In this document: in pieces, positions 25,180 through 37,400 of the stretch | Layout of the letters: each line of letters starts with the position of its first letter | Numbering within the stretch: position 1 is the stretch's first letter | Assembly: GCA_009692425.1 (NCBI GenBank) | Contig: SHZF01000004.1 | Location: forward strand, 10,175-74,174 | Source of the DNA: Myxococcales bacterium | GTDB taxonomy: Bacteria > Myxococcota_A > UBA9042 | Length of the DNA: 64,000 nucleotides | Direction: 5' to 3' | The notes under the pieces: generated by a model | Told to the model about the DNA's origin: nothing | Databases searched by the model: none | The model's input: the letters and a program-made list of their open reading frames with translations, nothing else | Translations under genes and position numbers: made by a program

Positions 25180-26035
25180 TCGTCGGCCGCTCCACGCGCT
25201 GACCGTCGATGTCGAAGAGTGGTTCCACATTCTGGACGCGGGTCCGCGGCCCGAGCGCTGGGAGCACTTGCCGAGCCGCATCGATGTCGGGCTGGCGCGC
25301 ATTTTCGGCCTGTGCGAGCGCTTTGGCGTCCATGCGACGTTTTTCGTGCTGGGTTGGGTGGCACGGCGCCGGCCCGATGTCGTCGCCGAGATCGTGCGCC
25401 GCGGCCACGAGGTCGGCTCGCACTCGTTCGGCCACCGCGTGTTGCGCGAGCTCGGACCCGACGGCTTTGCCCGGGACCTCGACGCCTCGCTCGATGCGAT
25501 CGCGCGCGCGGGCGGCAACGTGCGGGCCTACCGGGCCCCGGGATTCTCACTGACAACGCAGAGTTCCTGGGCGTTTGGCGTGCTGGCCGACCGCGGCATC
25601 GAACTCGACGCATCGCTGTTCCTAGGTCCGCGCGCTCACGGCGGCTGGTCGCTCGACCGCAGCGGGCCGTTCGCAGTCGTGCTTGGCGACGGGCGCACGG
25701 TGATCGAAATCCCGACGGTGCCGCTGCGGGTGCTGGGCCAGGCGCTGCCGTTTTCCGGTGGCGGCTACCTGCGCCTGTTGCCGACCGCGCTCATCGACCA
25801 CGGCTTTGCCTGCGCCGAGCGGGCGGGCCAGCCCGTGTGCGTCTACGTGCACCCGCGCGAACTCGACCCCGACCCACCTGAGTTGCCCTTGCCGATCGCA
25901 CGGCGCTTCAAGTACTACGTCGGCCTGGACACGGTGGCCCCCAAGCTAGAGCATCTGTTGGCGCGCCATCGCTTCGGCACCGTGTCTGCCGTCGCCGCCG
26001 CCGCCACGCTCGGGGCGCCACTGGAGTTGCGGTGA
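25169..26035 (+). CDS. Polysaccharide deacetylase family protein (NodB fold with DUF3473-like C-terminus, the type found in PEP-CTERM/exosortase loci); GTG start.
   Basis: LTVDVEEWFH..., HSFGHRVL, and the overall similarity pattern of the TIGR03006-type deacetylases, from memory. Confidence 0.75.
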   Translation: MVTDRRPLHALTVDVEEWFHILDAGPRPERWEHLPSRIDVGLARIFGLCERFGVHATFFVLGWVARRRPDVVAEIVRRGHEVGSHSFGHRVLRELGPDGFARDLDASLDAIARAGGNVRAYRAPGFSLTTQSSWAFGVLADRGIELDASLFLGPRAHGGWSLDRSGPFAVVLGDGRTVIEIPTVPLRVLGQALPFSGGGYLRLLPTALIDHGFACAERAGQPVCVYVHPRELDPDPPELPLPIARRFKYYVGLDTVAPKLEHLLARHRFGTVSAVAAAATLGAPLELR

Positions 26036-27348
26036 GTCCACGTCGAGCCGCCGCAGCGAGCTGTGCCGTGTTTGCACTGTGGGCCGGTGCCGCGCGCGCT
26101 TCTACTTGGGAGTTCAACGGATTCGGTCCGCGCGCCGCCGGCCTCGGCAACGCCAGCGAGGCCGCGTCCGACGACTACTTTGCGACCTACGCCAACCCGG
26201 CGAACCTCGCGCTGGCCAGGCACGTCCATGGGGGCTTCGGTTTCGATGTGTTGCGTCACGCGTTTGCGATCGAGCAGCGCGGCGGCCGTTCCCGTCACCC
26301 GCCACGGCTGCCGCAGGACAACCAACTGGTCCACGTCGGCTTGTCGACACCGCTGGGCGGTTGGCTCGACGAGCGTGCGGGCCTCGGCCTCGCCTTCCAA
26401 CTCCCGCTCGCGGGCCCCACGCGGCTCGATGCGCTCGACTACCGCACCCCCCACCTCACGCTGTACGACTCCTTGCCCGACCGGCTTGAACTCGCCATCG
26501 GCCTGGGCGTGCGGCCGCATCCGGCACTCGCGCTCGGTGTCTCGGTCCAGATGCTGACCGCGCTCGTCGGGCAGGCGTCGATCGACTTGTCGATTCTCGA
26601 TCACCGCATCACGCGCAAGGCGATGGACGTGGCGCTGACGACTCAGGTGTTCCCGATCGCGGGAGCCACGTGGTTGCCGCTCGACCCGCTGCGCGTGAGC
26701 CTGGTGTGGCGCGCGGAGTCGCTCATCCGCTACGGGCTGCCTCTCGACGTGTGGCTTGAGGAGGTGGGGCGCCTGCGTTTTCGCATCGGCGGGGTTGGCC
26801 TCTACTTGCCGGAGGTGTGGGCGCTTGCAGCGGCCTGGCGCACGTCGGGCGGTTGGATGGCGACGGCCGGCGTGGCCTGGCAGCGCTGGTCGGGGATGCC
26901 GCCACTGGCACCGACCGTCGACCTCGATCTGGACGACCGCGAGATCGTGCGGCGCGGAGTGCCGGCCGACTCGGTCCTGTTCGTGCGCAACCATCCGATC
27001 GAAATGGGTGCGCGCGACGTGTGGGTGCCGCGTGCTGGCGTCGAGTGGCAGGGCCGCGTGCTGGCCGCGCGCGGCGGCGTGCAACACCGACCGACGCCCT
27101 TGCCCCGGGCGGACGGCATCGGCAACTACCTCGATGCGCCGGCCACGACCGTGAGCTTGGGCGTCGGCGCACGTTTTGCCGACCCGCTCGCCGTGCACGA
27201 CCAGCCGCTCTCGCTCGATTTGACCTTGGCGTGGACCCAACTTGCGAGACGAACGGTGGAAAAACGCGACCCGGCTGACCCGGTGGGCGGCACCTCGGTC
27301 GCAGGAGGCAGCCTGCACGCCGCCGTCGGCATCCACCACGACTTCTGA
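26032..27348 (+). CDS. Outer-membrane beta-barrel of the FadL/TodX/OMPP1 family
   Basis: Signal peptide, GNASEAASDDYFATYANPANLA N-terminal hatch motif, C-terminal aromatic ...HHDF. Confidence 0.72.
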   Translation: MSPRRAAAASCAVFALWAGAARASTWEFNGFGPRAAGLGNASEAASDDYFATYANPANLALARHVHGGFGFDVLRHAFAIEQRGGRSRHPPRLPQDNQLVHVGLSTPLGGWLDERAGLGLAFQLPLAGPTRLDALDYRTPHLTLYDSLPDRLELAIGLGVRPHPALALGVSVQMLTALVGQASIDLSILDHRITRKAMDVALTTQVFPIAGATWLPLDPLRVSLVWRAESLIRYGLPLDVWLEEVGRLRFRIGGVGLYLPEVWALAAAWRTSGGWMATAGVAWQRWSGMPPLAPTVDLDLDDREIVRRGVPADSVLFVRNHPIEMGARDVWVPRAGVEWQGRVLAARGGVQHRPTPLPRADGIGNYLDAPATTVSLGVGARFADPLAVHDQPLSLDLTLAWTQLARRTVEKRDPADPVGGTSVAGGSLHAAVGIHHDF

Positions 27349-27396
27349 CGCAACGCGTGCTATGGTGCCCGGCCTGCCTTCGCCATCGTCGTCCGC

Positions 27397-28539
27397 ATGA
27401 CCGAGTTCGCCACCAACACCCGATCACCCTTGGCGCACATGTTGGCCGCGCTCGCCGCCCTGGTGTGCGTGGCGGGCGCCGCAACGTGGGTGTTCGTGGC
27501 GCGCAACGCCGCCCACGCCGTGCAACCCAGTGACGCGAGCCTGGCCGCTGCGGCCCACTGGATCGACGCGGCCGTGCAACCGGGCGACGCGCTCTCGTTC
27601 CAACCGGACTGGTCGGCGGCCCAGCGCTGGCGCTTCGTGGCGTCCTGGACCCGACGCGGCCTCGACGCCAACGCGGCCCTGGTGCTGGGTGCGCCGCTTG
27701 TAGCGTGGGACCTCGACGGCTTCCGCCGCGTCTGGGTCGTGTCGACACACGGGCTTGGCGCCAAGGTCCATGTCCGCGCGCCGGCACGCCTGCAGACCGC
27801 GCGCAGCTTCGGGCACGGCACCGAGGTGGGGCTGTGGACCCTGGCACCATCGTTGACCGTCAAGGACCTCGGGCGCGCGCTGGGCGAGGCCGTCGTCGAG
27901 CGCGATCAGCCCGACGGCTCCTGGTCGGCGTGCACGTGGCGAGGCAGTTCGTTCGACTGCGGCCCCGAGTCGTGGAAGACCGTGCTGCACGATTTGGCGC
28001 AGGTCGGCTCCGGTCGGCGCCCGTGTATCCACGTGACACCGCACCGTGACGGTGGCCGGACGCGCCTGACGTGGCACGGCGTCCCGGCCGCGCGCCGCCT
28101 CGAAGGGCACTTCGGCCTGCGGATGTGGGCGGTGCGCAACGAGGTCGGATCAGATCTGCGCTTTCGCGTGCGCGTGGGCGACGACGTCGTCTACGAGCGG
28201 GCTGCGGAGCGGAGCGAATTTGCGTGGCAACCGTGGCACGTCGACCTTGCGCCAGGCCAGCGCGGGCTCGACGTCTCCTTCGAGGTGTTCGCGGCGGAGC
28301 ATTCGTGGCGCTACGGTTGCTTTGACGCGCGCCTGACCGGTGCTGCCGAACCTGTCGCACAGCCTGCGTTCCTGGTCCCCGCCGTGCCGCCGCTGGCGCC
28401 GCCGACGCCGACGGTCGATCCGATTGCCGTGCCGCCCGCCCTGGTCGGCCCCGGTGGGCGCATCGTGCCCATGTTGCCTCCGGTCGTGCCGACACCTCCC
28501 GCCGTGCCCGCGCCGTCCGGTTCACCGGCCCCGAACTGA
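27397..28539 (+). CDS. Hypothetical membrane-anchored protein with a Pro-rich C-terminal tail
   Basis: N-terminal TM helix and a long complete ORF with coding-like composition; no recognised motif. Confidence 0.45.
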   Translation: MTEFATNTRSPLAHMLAALAALVCVAGAATWVFVARNAAHAVQPSDASLAAAAHWIDAAVQPGDALSFQPDWSAAQRWRFVASWTRRGLDANAALVLGAPLVAWDLDGFRRVWVVSTHGLGAKVHVRAPARLQTARSFGHGTEVGLWTLAPSLTVKDLGRALGEAVVERDQPDGSWSACTWRGSSFDCGPESWKTVLHDLAQVGSGRRPCIHVTPHRDGGRTRLTWHGVPAARRLEGHFGLRMWAVRNEVGSDLRFRVRVGDDVVYERAAERSEFAWQPWHVDLAPGQRGLDVSFEVFAAEHSWRYGCFDARLTGAAEPVAQPAFLVPAVPPLAPPTPTVDPIAVPPALVGPGGRIVPMLPPVVPTPPAVPAPSGSPAPN

Positions 28540-28547
28540 GGCACGCA

Positions 28548-29744
<1,197 letters not shown>

Positions 29745-29830
29745 ACGGCGCGGCGGATCGGGCACGATGAGCGCGCGGCGCTGCGAACGCGCGCAAGGCG
29801 CGAAGCCGCATCGCTCCAACGAGGTCTGCC

Positions 29831-31192
29831 GTGGGCATCACGTTTGTCGAAAAAGGGGACCGCTCCCGGCCGCGCCCGCACGCCAAAGTCGCGCTCGTGC
29901 TGGCGGGCGGCGCGGTCACCGGCGGCGCATTCAAGATCGGCGGACTCATTGCGCTCAACACGCTGCTCGAGAACCGTTCCGTCGTCGACTTCGACATCTA
30001 CGTCGGCGTGTCGGCGGGTGCTTTCCTGGCGGCGCCGCTGGCCGCCGGAGTCAGCCCCGAAGAGATGCTGGCGAGCCTCGAAGGCCACAGTCCGCGCATC
30101 GATCGGTTCAACGCGCTCGATTTCTACCGGCCCAACTGGCGCGAGGCCGCCGCGAAGCCGTGGCAACTCGTACGCGACGCCCTGCTGACGGTGCCCGCCG
30201 CCACCGAAGCCGCTTGGGCCCAGGTGACGGAACACCGGCCGGAATTGCTGACGCGCGCCCGCGACTTCGTGCTCGCCCCGACGTACCAGACCGCCGAGGC
30301 GCTGGTCGAGCCCTTCATCACGGAGACGCTGCGCCACAGTCGCTTGCGCCCGGGGCTGTCGTACGTGCCGTCGGGCATCTTCGACAACCGCGGCATCGAG
30401 CGCTACCTGCGCGAACAACTGCGCAAGAACAACGTGCCCAACGATTTTCGCCTGATGCACCTGGAGCGCGGCAAGTCGCTTTACATCGGCGCGACGAACC
30501 TGAACACCGCAGAAGGCGTGGTGTTCGGCCATGACGAAGACAACAGCGTGACGATTTCCGAGGCCGTCCAAGCATCGACCGCGATCCCAGGCTTCTACCG
30601 GCCGGCGCGCATCCGCGGGCAGGACTATATCGATGCCGGCGTGCGGCGCACGGCCAACATCAGCCAGGCCGTCAAGCGCGGCGCGACGTTGGTGATTGCG
30701 TACAACCCGTTTCGACCATTCGTGAACTATCACACCGACCAACTGCTCAACGGCAACACGTCGATTTCGGACATGGGCATCGGCACCGTCATCAACCAGG
30801 CGTTTCGCACGATGCTGCACACGCGCCTGCTGCTCGGCATTGAAAAGCTGCAACTCAACCCGGACTTCCACGGCGACGTGATCCTGCTCGAACCGAGCGA
30901 GACGGACGTGAAGTTCTTCAACATGAACCCGCTGAACTTCTGGCAGCGGGCCGAGTCCGCGTTCCACGGCTACGTCAGCGCCACCGAAGCGATCGAGCGC
31001 CACCATGCGCGCATCGACAGCGTGCTGCGCAGCTACGGCATCCGCACCGACATCCAGCGCATGCGCGACCGGGTCGACCGCATCCGCAAGTCGGGCTTCG
31101 ACGAGCGTGGCATCATGAAGGAACTGATGCGCGATCTGCACCCGCAGCCTGACGCCGAACGCCCGCCTGTCAAGCTGCGCGTGGTGCGCTAG
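29831..31192 (+). CDS. Patatin-like phospholipase
   Basis: LAGGAVTGGAFKIGG oxyanion hole, GVSAGA (GxSxG) nucleophile elbow. Confidence 0.85.
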   Translation: MGITFVEKGDRSRPRPHAKVALVLAGGAVTGGAFKIGGLIALNTLLENRSVVDFDIYVGVSAGAFLAAPLAAGVSPEEMLASLEGHSPRIDRFNALDFYRPNWREAAAKPWQLVRDALLTVPAATEAAWAQVTEHRPELLTRARDFVLAPTYQTAEALVEPFITETLRHSRLRPGLSYVPSGIFDNRGIERYLREQLRKNNVPNDFRLMHLERGKSLYIGATNLNTAEGVVFGHDEDNSVTISEAVQASTAIPGFYRPARIRGQDYIDAGVRRTANISQAVKRGATLVIAYNPFRPFVNYHTDQLLNGNTSISDMGIGTVINQAFRTMLHTRLLLGIEKLQLNPDFHGDVILLEPSETDVKFFNMNPLNFWQRAESAFHGYVSATEAIERHHARIDSVLRSYGIRTDIQRMRDRVDRIRKSGFDERGIMKELMRDLHPQPDAERPPVKLRVVR

Positions 31193-31209
31193 CTTGTAGC
31201 GTCTACTGG

Positions 31210-32295
31210 TCAGCCGCCGTTGGCCCGCGTGCTGACGCCGGCGCCCCACCACTTGACGCCCTTCGGAACCGCGATGCCCTGCACAGGCGTCGCCTTGCCG
31301 GTCTGGACGTCGAGCGTGTACACCATGCCCGCCGAACTGAACGCGTAAAAAACGCCCTGCCACCAAGCGAGGCCGAACAGGTTGTCGACGCCGGTCTCGC
31401 CCACGAATTGGTCGATCGCACCCGTCTTCGGGTTCACGCGCACGAGCGTGTCGGTCGGAGACTTCCCCTTCAGTGTCGCGTACGTGCCGATGCCATCAAC
31501 GGAAAACGCGTCGCCCGAGCTGAGCCAGCCGGCCGGGTAGTTGCCGAGTTTCTTGATGGTGGTCTTGCCGCCGGCAATCTGGATGTGGTTCCAACTGCCG
31601 GTCTCGCCGATGCCGACCAGCACGTCGGCGCCCGGGTCGACCGTGCCTTTCGGCACGAAGGTGAGGCCGTTGAACGGGCTCGGCAGATCGGCAATCCACG
31701 CGCACTTCGCGTTGGCGATTCCGCAGACGAAGACGTCGGTGTGCGTGACCGCGTACAGCTTGCCGCCGGCGTCGACCGCGATGTCGGTGACCAGCCCCTT
31801 GGACTTGTCGAACGTGAACTTGCCCACCTCGACGATCGCCTTGGTGGCCAGATCGAGGCGGAACAGTGCGTCCGCCGTGTGGGCGTACAGGTGTCCGACG
31901 GGTCCAGCGGCACCGCCATCCAAGGGAGGCGCCTCGACATCGACGGCTCCGTCCTTGTCGAGCAGGGCACTCCAATCGATGTCGCCCGTGTCGTCTGCGG
32001 CGGCGGCATCGACCAGGTCCGGTTCTGTATCGGACCCGGTCAATGCCGAGACGTCTGCGGGCGCCGGGCCGTCCGTCGATGCGCCGGGCACCGCGTCGGC
32101 TGCGCCGTCGGCCACACTGGTTTTCGCATCCGTCGCGGCGCCATTGCGCAGCGGGCCGACGCCACTGGCGGGAGTCGGTCCCGCAGCGGGGTCCGCGCAA
32201 CTGGCGAGCACGGCCAGCATCACGAGTCCCCGCCCGACGACGACGCCCGGTCGCACGCCACGCGCGAGCAACCGAGGAGCGAACCGCTGCGCCAT
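31210..32295 (-). CDS. Hypothetical lipoprotein (beta-rich); start at MAQRF...VLASC
   Basis: Lipobox LASC after a hydrophobic stretch; complete ORF. Confidence 0.55.
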   Translation of the reverse strand: MAQRFAPRLLARGVRPGVVVGRGLVMLAVLASCADPAAGPTPASGVGPLRNGAATDAKTSVADGAADAVPGASTDGPAPADVSALTGSDTEPDLVDAAAADDTGDIDWSALLDKDGAVDVEAPPLDGGAAGPVGHLYAHTADALFRLDLATKAIVEVGKFTFDKSKGLVTDIAVDAGGKLYAVTHTDVFVCGIANAKCAWIADLPSPFNGLTFVPKGTVDPGADVLVGIGETGSWNHIQIAGGKTTIKKLGNYPAGWLSSGDAFSVDGIGTYATLKGKSPTDTLVRVNPKTGAIDQFVGETGVDNLFGLAWWQGVFYAFSSAGMVYTLDVQTGKATPVQGIAVPKGVKWWGAGVSTRANGG

Positions 32296-32299
32296 CGGG

Positions 32300-32647
32300 C
32301 TACACCTTGCCAGCGGTCGTCGCCTGGCGGTGCAGGTCGAGCAGGCGCCACGACGAGAACCGTTCGAGTTTCTCGCGATCGCCCGCCGGGGCACCCTTGG
32401 GAAAGCGCAGTGCGAGGATCGCCGTCACGACGCCGTCCTTGGAGCCGAACTCCTTGACCATGCGCGACGCCGCGCGGTGGTGCGACAGGAGCCGCGAATT
32501 CGGTGCCTGCATCAGCTTGGCCCGCGACCCGTCGGGCGTTGCCCCGCTGAGCGCGAGGATGGCGTCGACGAGCGCGCCCTTGTTGCCGAATGCGGACTTG
32601 ACCCGACTTTTCGGTCCCGGTGGATTGACTTGTTTGCCCTTTGCCAT
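32300..32647 (-). CDS. Small hypothetical protein (115 aa) with an internal tandem duplication
   Basis: KSAFGNKGALVDAILALSGATPDGSRAKL repeats as KEFGSKDGVVTAILALRFPKGAPAGDREKL. Confidence 0.45.
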   Translation of the reverse strand: MAKGKQVNPPGPKSRVKSAFGNKGALVDAILALSGATPDGSRAKLMQAPNSRLLSHHRAASRMVKEFGSKDGVVTAILALRFPKGAPAGDREKLERFSSWRLLDLHRQATTAGKV

Positions 32648-32840
32648 GATTCCCTCGTAGCGCCGGCCGTACGATGGCGCCAACCCATGGTGGCGCGCCG
32701 ACGTGCGATGCCGGGCAGCAGAAGGGAGACACCCGTCTCCCGTGCTGTGCGGCGTTCCAAGGCCCTATGACCTTGAGTGGACAGGCCCTACGGCCTTGAG
32801 TGGACAGGCCCTGCGGCCTTGAGTGGACTGGCCCTGCGGC

Positions 32841-33746
32841 CTACCCTTCCTCCAGTTCTCGATCCGTAAGCTTCTCGGGCTTCACCTCGGCCGTAGGCGG
32901 CGGTTCGGCCGGCATCTCGCTTGCCTCGCCGCGCGCCTTGGCCCTCGCCATCTCGCGTTCGAACTGGGTGACGGTGGCAGCCGCCGCCGATCCGACCGAA
33001 GTCTGCGGCCAGCGCGCGCCGATGACCCGCCACACGTCGACGGCGCGTTGGCGCCAGGCGAGGTGCTCGTAGGCTTCCGCGAGCAGCGCATAGTTGTCGA
33101 GCGTATGCGTGCGCGCCGGGTGTTCCTGCATCGCCTGGTGCAAGCGGGCGACGACACCGACCCATTGACCGGCGTCGCGGTAGAATTCGATGACGTAGTG
33201 GTTGTGCGCGTCCAGCACGTCGAGGCAGCGGTCGCGCAACAGCAGGGCCTCGGTCACGTAGCGCGAGCGTGGATGCTGGCGCACGAAGCGCTCGAGCTGC
33301 TTGCGCGCCTGCTGCACGCTGGAGAGGTCGAGTTCGTGTACGGGCGGCAGCGCCCAGAAATCCGACGGCATCATCTCGACGTGCGCCTTGGCGACCATGA
33401 AGAGCGCGTACGGCACGTTTTCATTGCCGTCGTGGCGCTGAACGAACGAGTGGTAGGTCTCGATCGCCTCTTCGAACTTGCGCTGGTGGAACTGGGCGTC
33501 GGCCAAGCGCAACCGTGCCAACGCGGTCAGACCCAGGTAGCTCGGCAGCTTGGAAAGCTTGAGGAAGTCCTGCTCCGCCTCCAGCAAGCCGCCACCATGC
33601 AGGTGTTCGAGGCCGTCCTGATACAACGACTCGGCTTCCACCGCGATCGGCTGCGCGGTCTGCGAGCTGCAGGCAAAGGCGAACGCACCGCACGCGCCCA
33701 CGAGGAGGCGGACGCAGGCGGGGCCGGTTGCAACGCAGGCTGCCAT
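32841..33746 (-). CDS. bamD: Outer membrane protein assembly factor BamD (TPR lipoprotein)
   Basis: Lipobox ...FAFAC; TPR-like helices; C-terminal YVTEALLLRDRCLDVLDAHNHYVIEFYRDAGQWVGVVARL typical of BamD/YfiO. Confidence 0.72.
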   Translation of the reverse strand: MAACVATGPACVRLLVGACGAFAFACSSQTAQPIAVEAESLYQDGLEHLHGGGLLEAEQDFLKLSKLPSYLGLTALARLRLADAQFHQRKFEEAIETYHSFVQRHDGNENVPYALFMVAKAHVEMMPSDFWALPPVHELDLSSVQQARKQLERFVRQHPRSRYVTEALLLRDRCLDVLDAHNHYVIEFYRDAGQWVGVVARLHQAMQEHPARTHTLDNYALLAEAYEHLAWRQRAVDVWRVIGARWPQTSVGSAAAATVTQFEREMARAKARGEASEMPAEPPPTAEVKPEKLTDRELEEG

Positions 33747-33810
33747 CGGGCGACACGGGCCGCACACGGCGGCCAAGGGCGCAGCAGGGTGAGGGATCGG
33801 CGCGTTGGCG

Positions 33811-34230
33811 TCAAGGCGATTCGCGCTCTTGCTCGGTGGCGTGGACCAGTGCGCGCACTTCCGCCGCGGTGCGGGCGTGCAGGCCCAAGCTGGGTCCGAC
33901 CCGGTGCACGACGCCGATCAGGGCCGCGCCGTAGGCCTCGGCACGGGCGGGGCCGAATCCGCGCACGAGGCGCAGTCCATCGAGGTCGGCCGGGCGCAGG
34001 CGGGCGAGCGCGCGCAGGGCGGCGTTGGGCGCCACGTGGTAGGCCGGCACCCGCTGCTCCGCTTCGGTCTCGGCCTCCTGGGCGAGGACGCGACGCGTGC
34101 GGCTCAGTTCGTCGTACAGGGCACGCTCGGGCTCCGACAGGGGAGCCTCAGGCGGCGGCGCGGGCATGAGGGCGCGGTGCGGCGTGACGCGACGGTCTTC
34201 GGATGGGGACGGCGTGACGATCGGATGCAT
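33811..34230 (-). CDS. HRDC-domain protein
   Basis: ALYDELSRTRRVLAQEA...VPAYHVAPNAALRALARLRPADLDGLRLVRGFGPARAEAYGAALIGVV matches the HRDC helical fold signature of RecQ/RNase D C-termini. Confidence 0.55.
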   Translation of the reverse strand: MHPIVTPSPSEDRRVTPHRALMPAPPPEAPLSEPERALYDELSRTRRVLAQEAETEAEQRVPAYHVAPNAALRALARLRPADLDGLRLVRGFGPARAEAYGAALIGVVHRVGPSLGLHARTAAEVRALVHATEQERESP

Positions 34231-34455
34231 GACGGCTCCAGCGGCCGCGTCAGCGTGCGGCCTGTGGGGCCCGACCGTGCAGGAGTCGTGCCACGGAGGC
34301 GACATTCCACATCGTTTTGTGAATTCAATCTGTTGCAAGACAAGGCCTCGCTTGCGTGGTCGCAGGGCCCCGTCACAGTCTCGCGAATCGGTCTCGCCAA
34401 GGTGAGACGCAACGCAGCGGGTGAGACCCCCAACGCAACCGGCAAGCCCCGTGCG

Positions 34456-37400
34456 TCAGCGCACGATCGCCTTGTAGTAGCGCTGCAGGCGGTCGCTCCA
34501 CGCCCCTGGCGCGCGCCGTTGCATCGCCCGCAGCACGTCGGCCCGGAACGCTTCGACGCCCGCATCGGCCGCGCCCGAGCCGACGTCGGCCGCGCCACGG
34601 TCGGGCGCGAGCCCCACCACGTCGATGGGGTCGGATGCAGATGGCTCCGCACCGCCCTGTGGCGACAGCATGTCGGCCGCGCGCTGCAGAGATTCGAGTA
34701 CTTCGCCGCCCTGTTCGAAGGCACGCGTCGCTTCGAACCGGTCCAAAGCATCGCGGGCTTCGCGCATCACGCCGAGCGCATGGTCCAGCCGCGCTCCGAC
34801 CGCGTGCTGGAGCGCGGGCGCCGTTCCCGCAGCGGCGAGGCGCTGGCGCAACGTGTCCAGATCGCGGCGCACCTGTTCTTGCTGCAGCGCATTTGCCTCC
34901 AATCGCTGGCGTGTCGGTGCGCGCAGTAGGTCTTCGGGCCGCGGCAGGGCGCCGCGCAGTGCCGCTGCCGCCTTCGCCAGTCGCTCGCCGGCCTCGGCAA
35001 GGCGCGCCCTGTCGAGTTCCGTCGATCGGGCGCTGGGGGCTCCGGTGGCGTGCAGCGCGCGCCCCGCGGCACCGATCAGGTCGTCGGCTTCGAGCATGGC
35101 CTGCAGGGCACCGTCGATGTGGCCGCCGGCCAGCGCCGACTGGGCCGACGCGATCGCCGCCCGCAGTCCGTTGACCGCGCGCAGCGACGACGGCCCGGCA
35201 GTCTGCAGTCGCGTAGGTCGCACCGCGTCGCGGGCCTGATCAAGGAGTTCCTGCACGGCCGGCAGAACCTGGGTGCGCGCCTGCCGCAACAGTTCCACAA
35301 GACTTCTGGACTGTTCAGCGCTTGCCGCGCGCAACTCGTCGCGCAACCGCCCCTGGCCCTGCTGCACCTGGCGGATGCCGCGCCGCAGGTCCGTCACGAG
35401 CCGCACATGGGCTGCCTCTTGCGCGCCGAGCTTGCCGTGGACACGTTCACGAACTGCGGCGACGACCGCCTGCAGGTCCTCGCGCAGTTGCCGCATTCGT
35501 TCGATCGCCTCGCGCGTGCGCCCTTGCCGCAGGAGGTCGCGTACTGCGCCGAGAGACTGGCGATGGTCGCCGAGGTCGCGCTGCAGGCCGCCGGCGTCGA
35601 GCCCCCCCGCGTTGACGTGCTCGTAGGGCACGATCCGCATCTGTTTCGAGGCGGCGGCGGCAAGCCGGTCGAGTTGGGCCTCGACGGCGTCGAGCAGGCG
35701 TTCGGCCTCAGAACGCAGAGGCGCCGCGCTGTCGTCCACGAGTTTGCCGAGCGTGGCGAGCAGGCGCTGTTCGGCGTCGTCGAGCGTCTGGGCATCGCGC
35801 GCCAGCGCGACCTGCTGCTCCGTGGAAGCCAAGCGAGCGAGTGCGTCGACCGCTCGCTCCTCTGCCGCGATGACCTCGGCGTGCAAGCGTTGGACTGCGT
35901 ACAGGTCCTTGACGGCGGCGTAGCCGGTGGCGCCGGTGTCGGTGCGGGCCAGCAACCGCGCTTCAGACGCAAGGGGTTCCGCGAGGCGCCGCTCGATTTC
36001 TGCCAGGTCCGCTCCGGTGCGCACCCCGGCCTGCTCGTCGCCCGCGAGTTCGCGCTGCACGCCGCGCAGGTCTTCGAGGGCGCCCTGCTCCGCATCGGCC
36101 AGTTCGCCACGGTTGCGCAGCGCCCATTCCAGCGTGGCCGTGCGCGCGGCCGGGTCGCGCTCGAGTCGGTCGGCCAACCGGAGCGTCCAGGTCTCCGACA
36201 GCCGGGCGAGCCCCTCGACGATGCGCGCGTGGTGGCGGTCGGCTGAAAACATGCGGACTTGAAGCTTCTGCGACACGCCGCGCCGCCCCGTTTCATTGGG
36301 GTTGCTGTCGCCCGCCTCGAGGTACACGGTTGCGGTCTCTCCGGGCCGGAGTTGCAACGCATCGACAGCGAGCACCTCGCGCACGGCCACGCGCGTCTCA
36401 CCGAGCGCCGCAAGCACGATCGCGCGCCGCTCGACGCCGCTCGATGGGCGCACGATCACGAGATTGAGCAGCGCCAGACCGATGTCGTCGCGGGCCTCGC
36501 CCTCGATCGGATACGCCTGGCCCGGGCGAACTTCTACCTCCGTGTCCGCGGCGCGCAGCGTAGCGGTCGGCGGCTGGTCCGGCCACGTCTTGATGTCGCG
36601 CCAGCCGCGTTCGCGCGCGCGATTCCCCTCGTTGTCGCGTCCCGCGTAGCGATAGCGCAGGGGCTCCAGCACGATGCGGGCCCACTGCACGCTGTGATCC
36701 GCGCGCTCGACGACCTTGCTGACTTCCGTGCGAAAACCGGTTGCCACGTGGGTCTCGATTTCGACATGGGTGACGCCAAAGCCGGGCAGGACGGCGGCAC
36801 GCATCGTGACCCGCGAACCGTGCAGCACGGCGAGGTCTGTGGCTTCCTCTTCGCGGGGCGCCAGCCGATGCGCGGCGTGTGGCGGCGCGGCAACGTGCGC
36901 GTGGACGTCGCCAACCAGCGTGCCGAATTCGATGACGGCAGGGCCGGTGTCCTGGCGCGCCCGCAACAGCCGATCCCAGAACTGGGGCGTGGCCACGGTC
37001 GAGACGGCCCACGCACAGGTGGCGACGGCAAGCAACCCCGTGTATTGCAAGAGGCGCCCGCGCAACGACGCCCGCGCCGCATCGACGATGCCGAGATGGC
37101 GCAGCGCGTGCGCCAGGGCGTGGTCGAGCAAGCGCACCGATGGGGCCGCTTCGAATGCCGCGCGCATCGCCAGTTCGAGGCCGCTGCGCAGGGCCTCCGC
37201 AGTGGCCGGGTCAGCCATCTCGACCGCCGCCTGTTCGGCCACCCACCTGCCGAGGTGTAGCGAACTGCGCCAGCGCGCGATACCCAGGCCCAGGCCGCAG
37301 CACGCGCCGGCACCTGCGGCACAGCCCAGCGTCCACCCCAGCGCGGTACCGGATGCCGCCAGCACGACCACGAGCACCGCGCCTGCGCCGGCCAGCGCCA

